Assembly: GCA_001599295.1 (NCBI GenBank)
Contig: BCGN01000002.1
Span: 1,612,001-1,676,000 of the forward strand
DNA length: 64,000 bases
Origin: Sporopachydermia quercuum
Taxonomy: Eukaryota
Direction: 5' to 3'
Under the pieces are notes generated by a model. The model ran no database searches, was not told the origin of the DNA, and saw nothing but the letters and a program-made list of their open reading frames with translations. The position numbers and the translations under genes were made by a program. This document shows positions 32,606-45,774 of the stretch, one piece after another (the stretch's first letter is position 1; each line of letters starts with the position of its first letter).

Positions 32606-33747
32606 CCTGTGTGATACCTGTATGTACGTTATACTACACCTGATCAAATAACTAGTTTTATATAAAGAAGCAGAACAATAAAAAAAACTGCTCCAAAAAC
32701 TGATTCGTCTAAACCTCCTTTCAATAAGCAGTTCTTTTCGTTACGATATCTATTACTTTAATTCTTGATTGCAATCCCCTTTCATCTATCTCTTCATAGA
32801 TAATGTATGTATCTGATTGTTCCCTGTGCAATTCGCCCTTGTACTAATTTGGATTACATAATCAGATAACTATCTTATACTGAAATTTACTAAGTGCCAG
32901 AGTTTACTGTAACCTTCTAACTTTTGTTTATATCTTCAATGTCATCGTCAAATAGACTTGCCACTATTTCCTTTCCACTGCTGATGCTTATTTGTCTTCG
33001 ATATTTGGTTGAATCATAATAGCAGAACAATTAGAATCCATTTTTTCGATCCCCCAGTTATATATAAGTGTTGCTTGACGAATTAGAGCAAATTGTTTGT
33101 TTTTTGAAGTAAGAACAAAAGATTGATTTTCCTGTGCGTGCGGATAAAGTTGGAAAGCACAACAAGAAGCAAGATCGTTAGAGGAAGTCTTTGGTTTGAT
33201 AAATACATTTCAAGTACATTTCGACAGGTTTTTATTTGTTAGAATTTAAGTATTGCTTATTGGTGCAGTATATGACTGAGAGAAGATTCAAAGAGGAAAC
33301 AAACCTTTTTGTACAAAACGGTGGAGATATACCATCAGCGATTTCGAGTAAAAGATAGTAGAGCAAGTTACCACCCATTGGAGTAAGACAGCAATACGTG
33401 ATCGTTCACTGAATTCTCAAAGCATTTACTGATTTGAATATAGTACTGCTAAATAATTGTCATTTGATATTTTTTCTGTTTTCTTAATCTGAATAGCGGA
33501 AGAGCTCTTGTCTTTCAATTATCAATAACGAACTACGCTAGACATTCCAGCCAGGAGGTGAATATTTGATTGGGAAGTTAGTAGAAATTACTACCTATTT
33601 GGATTTTTATTTACCTTTAACACGAAAGCTAATAAAAAAGAATCTATTAAATACTTTGTTCTTTCTTTTAATTTGTTATCATTATTGTGAATTGCTCATT
33701 CGCCCTCTTCTGTTAATCGTCATAGTTTCAATCATATTTGATTAGAT

Positions 33748-35370
33748 ATGTCGTCAGCTGTGTACTATAAGTTTAAATCCCAAAAGGACCCATCAAGAAT
33801 ACTCTTTGATGGAACGGGGATAACTATATTTGATTTAAAACGAGAAATTATCATCAGCAATAAACTAGGAGATGGAACTGGCTTTGATTTATCTTTGTAT
33901 GATCCAGATACCAATGAAGAATATACGGATGATACTTTAGTTCTTCCTCGAGCATCTTCAGTTACTGTTCGAAGGCTACCTGCTTCAAAACCTGGAAGAG
34001 GTAATGCTTCAAGGTATTTAACTGGAAAACTATCCATTTCGAATCGTGATTCTAAACATTCTAATATAAGTTCTGGCTCTGCGACTGCGGCAGCAGCGTC
34101 TCAAATTGCAGCTAGTAATTCCGAAGCCGATAAGATCAAAGCCATGTTTTCTGCGCAAGATGAAAACTGGAAAGAGACACAGCAGCATATGGCATCTATC
34201 GTACCAATTCGAAAACCACGATCAGGTGCTACGGAACCACCACCTCCTAACTACGTTTGTTATAAATGTGGCCAGAAGGGTCATTTCATTCAAGATTGTC
34301 CTTCTAATGATGATCCTAATTTTGAAGGTAAACGTATAAAGCGTACTACAGGTATCCCTAGGACCTTTCTTAAAACTGTTGAGAAAACAGATGAAGATAG
34401 TGATAATGTAATGGTAACTGAAGATGGAAAATTAGTAGTAGCTGTTGCTGATAGTAAATCGTGGGAATCTTATAAGAAGAAGACAAGAGAATTACAAAAC
34501 GAAGACAAGGTTGATGATGAGTCATTGGTTTGTCCTTTAACGAAAAAGCTGTTCATAAAACCTGTTAAAACTCCATGCTGTTCAAAAACTTATTCTGATG
34601 ATGCAATTCAGCAGGCGTTACTGGATGGAGATTTTGTATGTCCAAACTGCGGCGCCACCGAAGTTCTTTTGGATCAATTAACTCCAGATAAAGAGATGGA
34701 AGAACGGTTAGAAGAATACAAAGCAAAGAAAAATAACGAGAACAAAACTGAAGAAGAAACCAATAAAAGGAAACGAAGTGCAGAACCTGAAGCTTCTGAT
34801 AATCAATCCGATGAAAAGAATGAACTATCAGTGAAGAAAGCAAAATCAGATCTCTCGGATAATAATGAAGAATCAAACGAAAAGGAAAAAGTAACCAGCA
34901 ACGGCGAAACAAGAAGTAAAACTGTTTCACCATCACAACCTCTATCAAGTTTATCATCTCCCAGTTCAATTCCTGCTAAACCAGTTGATTCATCAGTTGC
35001 AAACTCATATATGATGCCTGATGGCACTCAAATGACACCAGAAATGTTCCAACAAATGATGGCTATGAGCATGATGTACAATATGCCTATGCCGATGATG
35101 GCTATGCCAATGAACCTGAATATGAATATGAACCCAGCGATGGGTATGTATAACAATGTTTCATATGGTGCAACTTATAGCAATGGAAATGAGCAAGTTT
35201 ATGATACTGTTCCTCATCAGAATTCTGGAACTTACAGCAATTATAATAATTATAATAACTATAATAACTATACTAATTACAACAATAACTACGACAAGAA
35301 CAAAAATAACGGCAATAATAATCAAAGCAATGGTTATTATAAGAATGACAACAAATACAAGGGAAAATGA
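33748..35370 (+). CDS. MPE1: Cleavage and polyadenylation factor subunit Mpe1 (RBBP6 homologue)
   Basis: DWNN domain (VYYKFKSQK), zinc knuckle CYKCGQKGHFIQDC, RIKRTTGIP, RING-like CP...CC...CPNC. Confidence 0.95.
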   Translation: MSSAVYYKFKSQKDPSRILFDGTGITIFDLKREIIISNKLGDGTGFDLSLYDPDTNEEYTDDTLVLPRASSVTVRRLPASKPGRGNASRYLTGKLSISNRDSKHSNISSGSATAAAASQIAASNSEADKIKAMFSAQDENWKETQQHMASIVPIRKPRSGATEPPPPNYVCYKCGQKGHFIQDCPSNDDPNFEGKRIKRTTGIPRTFLKTVEKTDEDSDNVMVTEDGKLVVAVADSKSWESYKKKTRELQNEDKVDDESLVCPLTKKLFIKPVKTPCCSKTYSDDAIQQALLDGDFVCPNCGATEVLLDQLTPDKEMEERLEEYKAKKNNENKTEEETNKRKRSAEPEASDNQSDEKNELSVKKAKSDLSDNNEESNEKEKVTSNGETRSKTVSPSQPLSSLSSPSSIPAKPVDSSVANSYMMPDGTQMTPEMFQQMMAMSMMYNMPMPMMAMPMNLNMNMNPAMGMYNNVSYGATYSNGNEQVYDTVPHQNSGTYSNYNNYNNYNNYTNYNNNYDKNKNNGNNNQSNGYYKNDNKYKGK

Positions 35371-35756
35371 GATGATTCATTTCCAGTCCAATTCTTAATA
35401 TTTAACGACTACTCTTGCATTAAAATTCATCCCTATGTATAATAAACTGAATTTCATCATTAATAATAATGAAAATCTATGAGACTATCTATAATTAACA
35501 GCTAGCATATTCAAAACGTAAGAATAACCATACAATAAAGTAGCCATAAAAACTGTCTGAATATTTACGATCTTAATAATTCTATTATCATTGTTGCATA
35601 TAATATGTGTTCACTGGTAACCACACACGTTACTTTCTCTTCTACATAGTATAATCAGCCATTGCTTTGCAAATTTATCAAAGTTCATCTAATTTAAATT
35701 ACCAGGCCTTTCATTTCAAATAAGTAGACAAAGAGGCTAGAATAGCACAATGAAAC

Positions 35757-37227
35757 TTAATTACCATCCCCATTAGAATAGGAAATTACTGCCCATTTGC
35801 CAGACCAAACCCATCCTTCTTTGGGCTCTTTACCCATAGCCAAATATTCTTGTTCCAGCTCTTTATCTTGACCTTTTCTTAGATTGACGCATACATCAGC
35901 CTTACAAGTTCGTAAAGCAAGAACTTTCACACCTGAAGTTGCCAATTCTTGAATAGCATCAATAAATGATGTCTCTCTTGGCCACATACAATCGCCAGTC
36001 AATTTTCTATAGTTTAAGTCACCTTTAAAAATAACTAAATTAGAATTGATCAANTCTTTCCAAACATCAGCACCTCCATTCAACCCATGTTCATTGATTT
36101 GCCAGTACGTTTCAAAACTAGTCCAGAAAGGATCAGATCTCTCTTCAATTTGCCCAGCTTCAATATAAGATGTAATCTTTTCAGCTAAAAAGCCCAATTC
36201 TTCTCTATGTTCAGGGAAAAAATCCGCGTCTTTTAAATCAGCAACTAAAGCTTTAAAGTCCCAAGGTGTTACGTCAGAAACCATCCAAGGGATATTCTTA
36301 GTATGAAATACAGCCTTGGAGATTAACTTTGAATCAAGCAAATAGAGAGTTAAGATCATATCAGTGTAAAGTTCAAATCCTGAATTGTCCAAAACAAAGT
36401 CAACTCTTTTATTAGCAACTGAGCTGTCAGAAATGATACTCCATGCTTTGTTTGTATCGTTAACAATTATCTTGCTCTCACTCTTTTTCCTTGCCTCAGC
36501 TCCTTGAACTGATTTTATATCATCTAAAGTAGCATTAGCAAGTAATGATAAATCAGTAGCATTGCCCCAGAGTGATACTTCGATGAATTCTTTAAACAAT
36601 AACTTCAAAGTTTCTTCATCAACCTTCTTGGAACCACCACCAGCTAACTCTTTAGAAAGGTTTTTATATCTAACAGCTAATTCACCAACCCCAAAAGCAG
36701 ATGATTTGTAAGTATTTTCTTTCAAATTGAAGAAAACATCGTACTCCTTCCAGAACTCAGAGTGATAAAAAATCTGGTTGATCTTTCTGTAGAATATACA
36801 TTCACTGAAAAGCCATGGTGCGTTCAACCAAGTAATCTCTTTTCCAATTGCTTTCAATGCATCATCATAATTCTTCAATCCCTCAATTTCGTCATCATCG
36901 AAAGGAGTAATTACATCTCCATTAGCAATTGCAGTTTTTAAAGCTGTCAGTTTCTCACTCACTTTCTGTCCGTCAATTTTCTTATCACTTTCAGTATCAG
37001 GTAATGCAGGATAAGTTTCTGTGATATCAGTAATAGTATTGGTGATAATGGCTAACCATCTAATTCTTGCAGTTGTCCAACCAAATGAATTGGGATCATC
37101 ATTCATATAAGGAGAAGGAGGAGTTGCTATTGGTTGATTCGTTAGTCCAAATATTTAGATACAAGTATCAACAGTTTGTTTATTCCAGATTTGTAGAATA
37201 ATAGTCTAACTACTTACGAGGAGTCAT
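35757..37227 (-). CDS. DUF89/ARMT1-family damage-control phosphatase (YMR027W-like); exons 37218-37227 and 35757-37126
   Basis: SLWGNATDLS, VLDNSGFEL, IFKGDLNYRKL and LRTCKAD motifs; intron 37127-37217 GTAAGT/GACTAAC/TAG. Confidence 0.93.
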
Positions 37228-38138
37228 TTTGATTAACTTTAGCTATCTCAGTTGTTATTTGACCAAATACTATTATGATCTCACAGAATTGAATCCACAG
37301 CAATGTACAAGACAGAGAAGTACCAATGGAGTCAAATAAATAACAGTTTCGCTAGATAGTGTTTCTTGACATCATCAGAAGCAATTTTCCTTCTCTCCAA
37401 TATTGCAGAGTGCATTGATTACGCATAATAAACATTCAATTAAGCTTTACGCATTCTCATTACCTTGTTGAGATGTCATTTACCCTGAGTACATGGCATA
37501 TGATAGGTACAACGGAACTGGGATTGCAGATCTGTGCAACCAGAAGAGTTCTGAACATTTGAATGAGGCCAATAAACTCTTAGTTATCCTTTTAGTTTTT
37601 ACACTCAATATGAAAATAAGAGTCAATTATCGAGTTTAACAATAATATCTATGATGAGTCCTCTTCTTTCTCCTATCCCCACATGGCTATTTAATTCCGT
37701 CTCTACTAATCAGGAAGTTGAAATAAATGGGTTATTGCATGTATACGTAATCATTATATAAAATGCTTTTCTACTGGCTCCCTAAATTGAGACCCTTTGC
37801 TAGATCAACATTAATTATGGAGTGTAGTAAATCTTCTGATGTGATGGCCTGTTCTTGTATGTCTTAATGAATTATTTGTTATAGATCAAGTAAATGTTAG
37901 GAGGCAAACGAGCTTATAGTGAAATCGGATCTATCAATTGAATACGAAACTCTGTTATACATTTTCATTACTGAAACCAGTCAGCCGATAGCAATATATC
38001 GACGTACATAGTATTATTCGTTTCTTGCAGGCAAAGCAAAGACAGAAACAAATCTATTCATACGTTGCCCTTTATTAGCCATTTCTGAGCGAAATAAGCA
38101 TCAGCATTTTCATTTAATATTACACTATTTGATTTATA

Positions 38139-39221
38139 ATGTCTAACTCATCACCATCGTTGAAATCGTTATTTCTTGAATCGTTGAAGCTGAAGAGGAA
38201 TCTGGACAATTCATCAATCATACCTTCTTNAGATTCTTACAAGTCACTTTTGAAAGAGGTGATCGGCAGCTTCGAGAAATGTAAAAGAGAGGTTGAGTCT
38301 TTAGCCTTATTTAGTGATAATGAAGATATTGAAGAACTTTCAACAAATGAACTGAAGTATATGAATATTGATTTCTATTTGGCAACTCTGCACGAAAAGG
38401 CATATCTAGATAAACTGACCCGTCAGAAACTAATCGAGCAATCAATAATAAACTATCTGAGGTTCGTAAAGAATTGTTCGAACTATGGTATAATTCCAAA
38501 AGCTCTGATAAAACGATTAGAAAAAATAACTGAAGAGAATGATGCAGCGTTTGATACTAAGAAATTAGAGAAGATTTTGAAACCTATTGAGTTAGTGAAT
38601 GCAACAGATAGACGTGAAGATAAAATTTCGAGACTAAAGCAGGCAAGAGAATTGAAAGAGAAAATATCGATATTGGATAAAGAAGATGTAACGANTTTGG
38701 ACGATGAAACTGTTAGATCGTTATATATTTCGGAACTACAGNTTCATTTGCTTGAAACTATTTCTTCGCTTGACTCTCTTCAAATGGAGTTAGAAGTCTT
38801 ATCACACGCACCACCAATATCTTCTAATATCAGTGTTTCTGGCCTCGCAAAAGAGGAATATCAGGATTCTCAAAAGCTATCAGATCCTACTGGTTATACA
38901 GAAAAACTTGAACCTATCAGCAACCCTATATTGTCAAAGCAGGGAAAAGTACTCCGACCATTCACTCTGGTTTCATCTCGTGATGAACTGAAAAAGAAAG
39001 TTTTTGGTACTGGACAGGTGTTACCTTCTATGTCAGTTGAGGAGTATATGGAATATGAATTACAGAATGGATTATTAGCCAAATCAGCTCCAAAAGAAGA
39101 AGAGGAACCTGATGAAGACAATATAGATGCAGCAGATAAGGAAACATATAAAAAAAGGGAGTGGGATGAATTCACAGAATCTCATCCTAAAGGCTCGGGA
39201 AACACTATGAATAGAGGCTAG
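38139..39221 (+). CDS. TAP42: PP2A-associated protein Tap42 (alpha4)
   Basis: LALFSDNEDIEELST, RREDKI, GKVLRPFTL, LPSMSVEEY, WDEFTESHPKGSGNTMNRG. Confidence 0.95.
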   Translation: MSNSSPSLKSLFLESLKLKRNLDNSSIIPSXDSYKSLLKEVIGSFEKCKREVESLALFSDNEDIEELSTNELKYMNIDFYLATLHEKAYLDKLTRQKLIEQSIINYLRFVKNCSNYGIIPKALIKRLEKITEENDAAFDTKKLEKILKPIELVNATDRREDKISRLKQARELKEKISILDKEDVTXLDDETVRSLYISELQXHLLETISSLDSLQMELEVLSHAPPISSNISVSGLAKEEYQDSQKLSDPTGYTEKLEPISNPILSKQGKVLRPFTLVSSRDELKKKVFGTGQVLPSMSVEEYMEYELQNGLLAKSAPKEEEEPDEDNIDAADKETYKKREWDEFTESHPKGSGNTMNRG

Positions 39222-39782
39222 TGATAATTTAGTCTATTAAACGTAACTCTGGCTTAACTTCGATCGCCAATGAGTGAAAGCGATGCCAAGAAAACTTGTT
39301 TTTTCCAAAACTATATATTATATCTTGGTGTTTAACCGCTCTCATATCCACGCTTCTTAATATTTATTGACTCCCCTGATATATATTATTGGACATAGAG
39401 TCAAACTAATGACATATAGTTGGACCTGTTGATGGATGTTTACTATATTATGTTCTTTCACGTGAATGATATTTTCACTATTTCACCTACATATATGTTT
39501 AATAGTTGATACGTTACAGCAATCTTCTAGCTTGAAAAATGCTGGTTTTTATTTNTCGATTAGAGATATGTTAGTTTCGCNAAGNCAATCTCATATATCT
39601 TCAAAAATTTAGCTTGAAAGAGGAAACATTGGTGAGCGTGTAACTGAGAAGTACGCTCAATTTACGAAATTTCAATCGCGTAGATAACGGATTGTAGTTG
39701 AAGAAGAAATTAAACATATATTTGTTGTATTTCTCTATGCATAAATACATATTCCCTCAGGTTAGGAAAATTATTCAAATAC

Positions 39783-42700
39783 TTACACCTTAAGCTTCAT
39801 TCTTTTATTCGACATAATTTGAGAAAGTTCGATGTCTTCAACTAAATTTAACCACTCATTTTCTTGAGCATAGATATCCTTAATAGTTAATATTTCCTTC
39901 CTACCAGATCCAACAGGAACAATAATCCAGGCGTCATTTCTATCCAAACATAGTAAAGCATTGATAGCAAATCTGAACAGTTTTGAGATCAAATAAATAA
40001 TTCGCTCCATTTCTTCACCAGATGAAGACTCATTTCGCTGTAACTGTTTCAATTTGTCTCTAACACTAATAATATACCGATATAATGCTGAAGCAGAGCC
40101 ACGGAAGTCCTCGCCGTGAATTCGCCAAGTGTAGAGAATGGGATACTTTCTAGCGTCTTTCTTGCATAAATCTTCTAGAATATTATCCACTTGATGTTCA
40201 TATCCAATGAAAGGATAGTTGAACAATGACTTTTCAGTTTGTGGGTTGCCATTGATAATCATTGAAATGAATCTAGTAAGCAATGTTTGAAACTCTAAGG
40301 TATCGCTCAATTCTACCATAGTACTATAGAAAACATCTAGGTCACCCAGCTTTTCTGCCAAGTTCATGATATTGCTATATATATCCAAGACGTCTGGTTC
40401 ATCTGAACGGAGTTGTTTACTCATAGCAACAGCCTTCTTCATAAATCCTAATGCAACTTGCTCCAATGGATACTGTTCTTGAAATAATTTCCCCAAATAG
40501 AAATAACAATGTAAAGGCGATGATGACTCCAAAAGCTCAATATGATTCTGCAATACTTTTGATTGGCTTATCAGTATTTTGTCTTGTTCAGATAGCTTCT
40601 GAGCAAATAGATCCACAATATGACTTTCTAATAGTTCCGCTGCTCCAGACAGTTCATTGTTTTCAAGCATTATCAATGCTTTCAAGAGTATAGCAGGTAC
40701 ACTCGCATTTGGAAGGAAGCCCATTAACTCTTTTGCAGCGTTCAGCTCCTTTTGTTGAATTAAAGTATCAATAACTTTGACGAGGAAATAAGTTGACCTG
40801 AATTTCAAAACTTGATCCCAAAGTTCTTTTCCTCTGTATAACTTTGATGGGGCTTTCTCAGTCTTCAAAAACTGTTTAATAATAAGCTCACCTTTAACAG
40901 TGTACCTAAATAATTTATTGGCTAAGTCAAACATCCTGAAGTAATCCAGAAACTCTTCATAACTATCATTCAAGCTCCATAATGAGCTTTTACTGGATAG
41001 AATTCCACTAGAAATAGCGAAACTTGAAGCCAAATCCCGAGATAATTCTAATAAATACGACAAAACGTTTCTCAAGTAAAACTGACCTTGTTCTGTTAAT
41101 GTTTCTTTATATTGAGCCTGGTTCAAAACACAAGTACCATCATCAAACATGGCTTGGCCCAAGAAGTAAAGAACATCAGGTAGTTTACTGCCAATTTTCG
41201 TAACAGCAGCGATCAAATCAGCCAAAGCGGATTCAGCATAGCCATTGTTGAGCAAGTTTGCTAATCTGGCCATTCTATCATCAACTGATGTTGAAATATG
41301 ACTATCATCAGATTGAAGTAACATTTCTGCTTCTAATCCAACTAATACCTCGGGTAGCAAATTCTGACGAAACTCCTGAGCAACTGTCACAAATTCAATT
41401 ATAATTGGAATTAGCTTTTTGTCACTTTCATTGGGGATTAGGTATGATATCTGAGCAATCTGTTCTTGGCTTAATGACTTCAAAGTCGTATCATCAACAA
41501 GGACATCTATCAAGGTAGATTCTCTCACTGTATCTATTGAAGAGCCTTTAGCAAGCCACACTTGTCCTGTTACTGGATTAATGGACAAAGAAATTCCATC
41601 ATTGGCTTGTCGTAAGAGATCAATACAAATACTTTCAAATCTAAGCCAAGCATCAACAACTAAAGAATCATATTGATCATCAGGTACTTTACCTGTTTCC
41701 AGTATTGCATCGACGACAGAATTAATTGCTGACAGAACCCTTGATTGCAGTGATTTTTCTGATGAGTTTTCCTCAAATTGAGAATCCTTCGTTTTAGAAT
41801 TACTAAATAGATCTAACGCATGGAAGATTAAAGAATGAGAAAATACACCAGAATATAAAATGCGATCACTGAATAACTGTGAAAGCTTCTCTGGGTCATA
41901 ACTAACCAGGGAAGCCAATAAGGATATATTAGTTCTGGTAAAAACTGAAGAAACGTCTGATTTCATCCAGGAAGGATGAACAGCCGATTCAGAGGGAGAA
42001 TCATTTCCAGGCACTGGAATAGAAGCCGTTTGAACACAGGACTGCGCATCGCTATTCCATAGAATCCAGATATCAAAGTATTTTTTGTTTCTCACAGACG
42101 GTACTACATGATAATCTTGTAACAAAGCTGGACCGACTGTTGGTTGCTCACAGGCAATTTTCAGAGGTTCTGATGAGATGGTTAGGTTATCAGTATTAGA
42201 ATTCAAGTTTAATCGATACACCAAAAAGAAGGGCTCCTCCGCTGGAATATAAGCTACTAAACAAGCAGAAGAGTTGTCGTTATTTTCAACCAAAGTAATC
42301 AACGTCTCAGGTTTATCTTCCCATAAAAGCAGTACCTGGTCAACAGAGTAATCAGGTAGTAAATTAAATGCTTTTATTGTAGAATTTGATGTTTTTGACC
42401 AGATATTTATACTGCCATCCTGTGAAAGAGTGATATAAAAGTCTCCAAATTTACTGTAATCACCAAGTGTAGTCGTTGTAATAATTTTACTATTCGTGGT
42501 ATCAAAGTCGTTTTCTGTTGCATTATTGACCCAAGATTTTAGCCATCCACGTAAACCAGAAGGTGTCCGTGGGTTTTGTTGCTGGAAAATGGAGACGGCA
42601 AACACGTCAATTGGCGTCTCCCTTGTAATCACTACATTATCTCCATTCTCTAGCATCAGTATAAACTGATTCTCAGATATAGAAAATAAACTGTTGATAC

Positions 42701-43178
42701 TTTGTTCATCCCAATTCTCAGTTGCGCTAGACTCGCTTATCTCAGGGTGTTTAGTGATTTCATTTGCTTGGATAATACAACTCTTCCGATCAATTGGTAT
42801 GTGTAAAGAACAGAATCCAGTTTCAACAGTATGGAAATCGATTAACAAAGACGAGTCTGTTGATGTGACTACTATACAGTTTGGTTTCACTGGTGATGGT
42901 AGATGGATTCTCTTAGTAGTAAAGGTTTGATTTGCTGTTTCTGTAGTTAGGTTCAAAAATGTTAATTCTATAACTGTACCGTTTCTTATAACTCTCCAAG
43001 CTAAGGAGACTTCTTCAAAGTGAACAAATCCTGTCTGTTTTGAAATTGAGGATAAATATGTGGAAGGGTNAGGATATGTAGTTCCTTGAGGGAATAATGG
43101 CTCATCAATGTACATAGACACTGATCCTGCTTGGAAAACGCATGATTGCTTCAAAAGTTGTACTTCATGCGTTGCCAT
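39783..43178 (-). CDS. NUP120: Nucleoporin Nup120/Nup160 family
   Basis: 1131 aa; beta-rich N-terminal half and helical C-terminal half; C-terminal LYTWRIHGEDFRGSASALY and INALLCL...AWI segments recalled from Nup120/160. Confidence 0.75.
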   Translation of the reverse strand: MATHEVQLLKQSCVFQAGSVSMYIDEPLFPQGTTYPXPSTYLSSISKQTGFVHFEEVSLAWRVIRNGTVIELTFLNLTTETANQTFTTKRIHLPSPVKPNCIVVTSTDSSLLIDFHTVETGFCSLHIPIDRKSCIIQANEITKHPEISESSATENWDEQSINSLFSISENQFILMLENGDNVVITRETPIDVFAVSIFQQQNPRTPSGLRGWLKSWVNNATENDFDTTNSKIITTTTLGDYSKFGDFYITLSQDGSINIWSKTSNSTIKAFNLLPDYSVDQVLLLWEDKPETLITLVENNDNSSACLVAYIPAEEPFFLVYRLNLNSNTDNLTISSEPLKIACEQPTVGPALLQDYHVVPSVRNKKYFDIWILWNSDAQSCVQTASIPVPGNDSPSESAVHPSWMKSDVSSVFTRTNISLLASLVSYDPEKLSQLFSDRILYSGVFSHSLIFHALDLFSNSKTKDSQFEENSSEKSLQSRVLSAINSVVDAILETGKVPDDQYDSLVVDAWLRFESICIDLLRQANDGISLSINPVTGQVWLAKGSSIDTVRESTLIDVLVDDTTLKSLSQEQIAQISYLIPNESDKKLIPIIIEFVTVAQEFRQNLLPEVLVGLEAEMLLQSDDSHISTSVDDRMARLANLLNNGYAESALADLIAAVTKIGSKLPDVLYFLGQAMFDDGTCVLNQAQYKETLTEQGQFYLRNVLSYLLELSRDLASSFAISSGILSSKSSLWSLNDSYEEFLDYFRMFDLANKLFRYTVKGELIIKQFLKTEKAPSKLYRGKELWDQVLKFRSTYFLVKVIDTLIQQKELNAAKELMGFLPNASVPAILLKALIMLENNELSGAAELLESHIVDLFAQKLSEQDKILISQSKVLQNHIELLESSSPLHCYFYLGKLFQEQYPLEQVALGFMKKAVAMSKQLRSDEPDVLDIYSNIMNLAEKLGDLDVFYSTMVELSDTLEFQTLLTRFISMIINGNPQTEKSLFNYPFIGYEHQVDNILEDLCKKDARKYPILYTWRIHGEDFRGSASALYRYIISVRDKLKQLQRNESSSGEEMERIIYLISKLFRFAINALLCLDRNDAWIIVPVGSGRKEILTIKDIYAQENEWLNLVEDIELSQIMSNKRMKLKV

Positions 43179-44283
43179 TCTTCACAACGTAATATCTACT
43201 CCCGATAATTGGTCTCTTATTTCAATATAGAGTATACACACATTCACTATGACCTCCCAATGTTTTGGCACTTAGAGAAACAATCGACGCGAAAACTTTT
43301 GCGCAACAATAGCTTTGTGAATTCAATAAATAACGATATCTATTCTTGTTTCTACTTTCCTTTCAGTAGTTGTTTTTAGGCAACAGATAAATGTTGATTG
43401 AAAGTCATTGGCTTATTCAATGCTAATTGTTCAGATGATTTGATTTGATTTGCTTTGGTTTGTTTTGCGTTTATAAAAGGGTAATTAGCGTTCATACAGA
43501 AAAAGAATACTGTGCTTATCACGTGATTGAGGGTCTTGATTCTGTTCAGTTCCTGAGCCATGGAACATCTTGGGAGCTCTCAAAACGCAGAAATTAAACA
43601 ATAAATGCTTATTAATGCTCATTTATTTATTTATTTATATACTGAGTCATTACATAGTATTCTAGTGTGTTTCAGTGTAAATCTTTTAGTAAGAAATGAA
43701 GTAAATAGTTGTGTCTTTCTTTGTCGATACTAAGCATTATGGAGCATACGGAGAGGATTTATAAGAAAAAAGAAAAGAGTATTTTCGTGTGTGTATCTTG
43801 ATGTTGTATTTACCGCTTGTTGATGAATATAATTCGTAGTATCAGTCGAATACAGGCGCCATTTTCATCATCGTACACAAAAAAATAGAAGATAAAATAT
43901 GATATGAATGAAATATCTAGGAACAGACCCCTATGTCTAGACATTCATTATCGTTTAATGAGGATTTTGTCTCATCCGTTGAAAACCTTTCCTTCAAAGT
44001 CATACTTCAACTGGTTCGTTCTATTGTTCTTCTTATACTGGTTGCATGAAAGTAACATAGCTTTGGGTGACACTTTAATCTACAAATTGAACGACATAAT
44101 CTATAATCATTTATAACACATTGTAACCTAACCTGTATTTCTGTATATACACAATGCTCATCCTAGAAACCAAAGAATAAGACAATGAAGAGTAGAGTAA
44201 TTCAAAACGTCTTCAATTCATTACTCAAGAAAACTTGATAATCAAAAAATATAGCTGAACCCTAAATAATAATCAATAAATAC

Positions 44284-45774
44284 TTAAGCAGCATCTGCAG
44301 TAGCAGCAGGCTTAGAAATCTTGGTAGCTTGTTCGCCAGCTCTTAGAATTTTAAACCCTTCTGAATCAGAAGTCAACTTCACATCTTTGTTTTCCTTATG
44401 CTGTTGTCTCCACACTTCAACTTCACAACCACCTCGAATAACAGCATAACGCATAGTACCCAAAAGATTGTGAGCAGCGTTAGAATGTTCGTACACACCA
44501 CCATTGAAAACAGCAGTTGCATCCTTTCCAATAGCAGATTTGATTAAAGCATATCCGCCAGGATGTTCATTGACAAATGTAGAGATATCATGAACAATAC
44601 CAGAGATCAACACAAGATTTCGTTCCTTGGATAACTCCTTAAACTCATCAAATTCAATGATAGGTAATTGTTCAATTGGAACACCCCAATCAAGCTTAGA
44701 TCTTCGCTTATCTAGTTTCTTCTGTTCTTGTTGAACCCGTCCTTGCTCTATAGCATTTTGAGAAAAGGTCTTCAAATCCCAAGCTAAGCCAACTTGCTTC
44801 AATAACCAGATGACATGCTTTGTAGGATCGTATTGATACCATTTCAGAGCATTTCTATAGTCTGATGGAAATTCGTGGTGGAAATTGTGGTAACCTTCAC
44901 CGAAAGTGACTAAAGCAGTCAAAACATGATCTCTTGGAGTTCTTCTGTCATCAAAAGGTTGTTCACCAATCCAATGAGCTAAAGAGTTAACACAGAAAGT
45001 AGCTTGCTGAATGAAGCCAACTCTGATTAATCCACCATAAACAAAACCACCCTTGAAATCGCCCCATAACATTGCAACTAAAGCTGGGAAAATAACAGCC
45101 ATGAAAGGCATAATAAAAACATAATACTTATGTTGCCACTTGACAATAGGATCAGCATTCAAATCGGAAATATCAACTCTACCTCTGTTTTTGGGATTTG
45201 GAACTAAAACCATCCATCCCATATGAGAGAACCAGAAACCAAACTTTGCGTTGTAGGGATCTCTATCAGTATCTGTATATCGATGGTGAACTCTGTGTCC
45301 AGCACTCCACCATCGAATGGAACCTTCAACAGCTCCTCCTCCACATAATGCCCAGAATAATCTGACGGGAGCAGCAGCAGAATAAGCTCTATGTGCATAT
45401 AAACGATGATAACCTGCAGTAATAGATAAACCGGACAAAGCATAATAAAAAATAGACCAAACGGCAGTTTGCCAGCAGAGGGGAGTTTTCAAAGCCAAAA
45501 GAAGCCCTAAGCTAGGAAGAACAATAACTAATGTAATATTTAACCAATTTAGATGTAAATACCAATTCGAAAGAGTCCATGGTTGCTCAGATATATGGAC
45601 CTTCTTTACTGGCTCTTTGGCAGTCTTGACACTCTTATTGGTTTTCACTTCAACCAGACCTTTTCGGTGGCTAACACCAAATGATTTGATATCAAGTTGA
45701 GGCTTGTCAGCTCCTGATGCCAATCTGGCAACTTCNTCATAATCGACAGCGTCAATACTGAGTCTGGGATCCAT
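44284..45774 (-). CDS. OLE1: Acyl-CoA delta-9 desaturase with fused cytochrome b5
   Basis: His boxes HRLYAH, HRVHH and HNFHH; C-terminal b5 domain with HPGG. Confidence 0.98.
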   Translation of the reverse strand: MDPRLSIDAVDYXEVARLASGADKPQLDIKSFGVSHRKGLVEVKTNKSVKTAKEPVKKVHISEQPWTLSNWYLHLNWLNITLVIVLPSLGLLLALKTPLCWQTAVWSIFYYALSGLSITAGYHRLYAHRAYSAAAPVRLFWALCGGGAVEGSIRWWSAGHRVHHRYTDTDRDPYNAKFGFWFSHMGWMVLVPNPKNRGRVDISDLNADPIVKWQHKYYVFIMPFMAVIFPALVAMLWGDFKGGFVYGGLIRVGFIQQATFCVNSLAHWIGEQPFDDRRTPRDHVLTALVTFGEGYHNFHHEFPSDYRNALKWYQYDPTKHVIWLLKQVGLAWDLKTFSQNAIEQGRVQQEQKKLDKRRSKLDWGVPIEQLPIIEFDEFKELSKERNLVLISGIVHDISTFVNEHPGGYALIKSAIGKDATAVFNGGVYEHSNAAHNLLGTMRYAVIRGGCEVEVWRQQHKENKDVKLTSDSEGFKILRAGEQATKISKPAATADAA

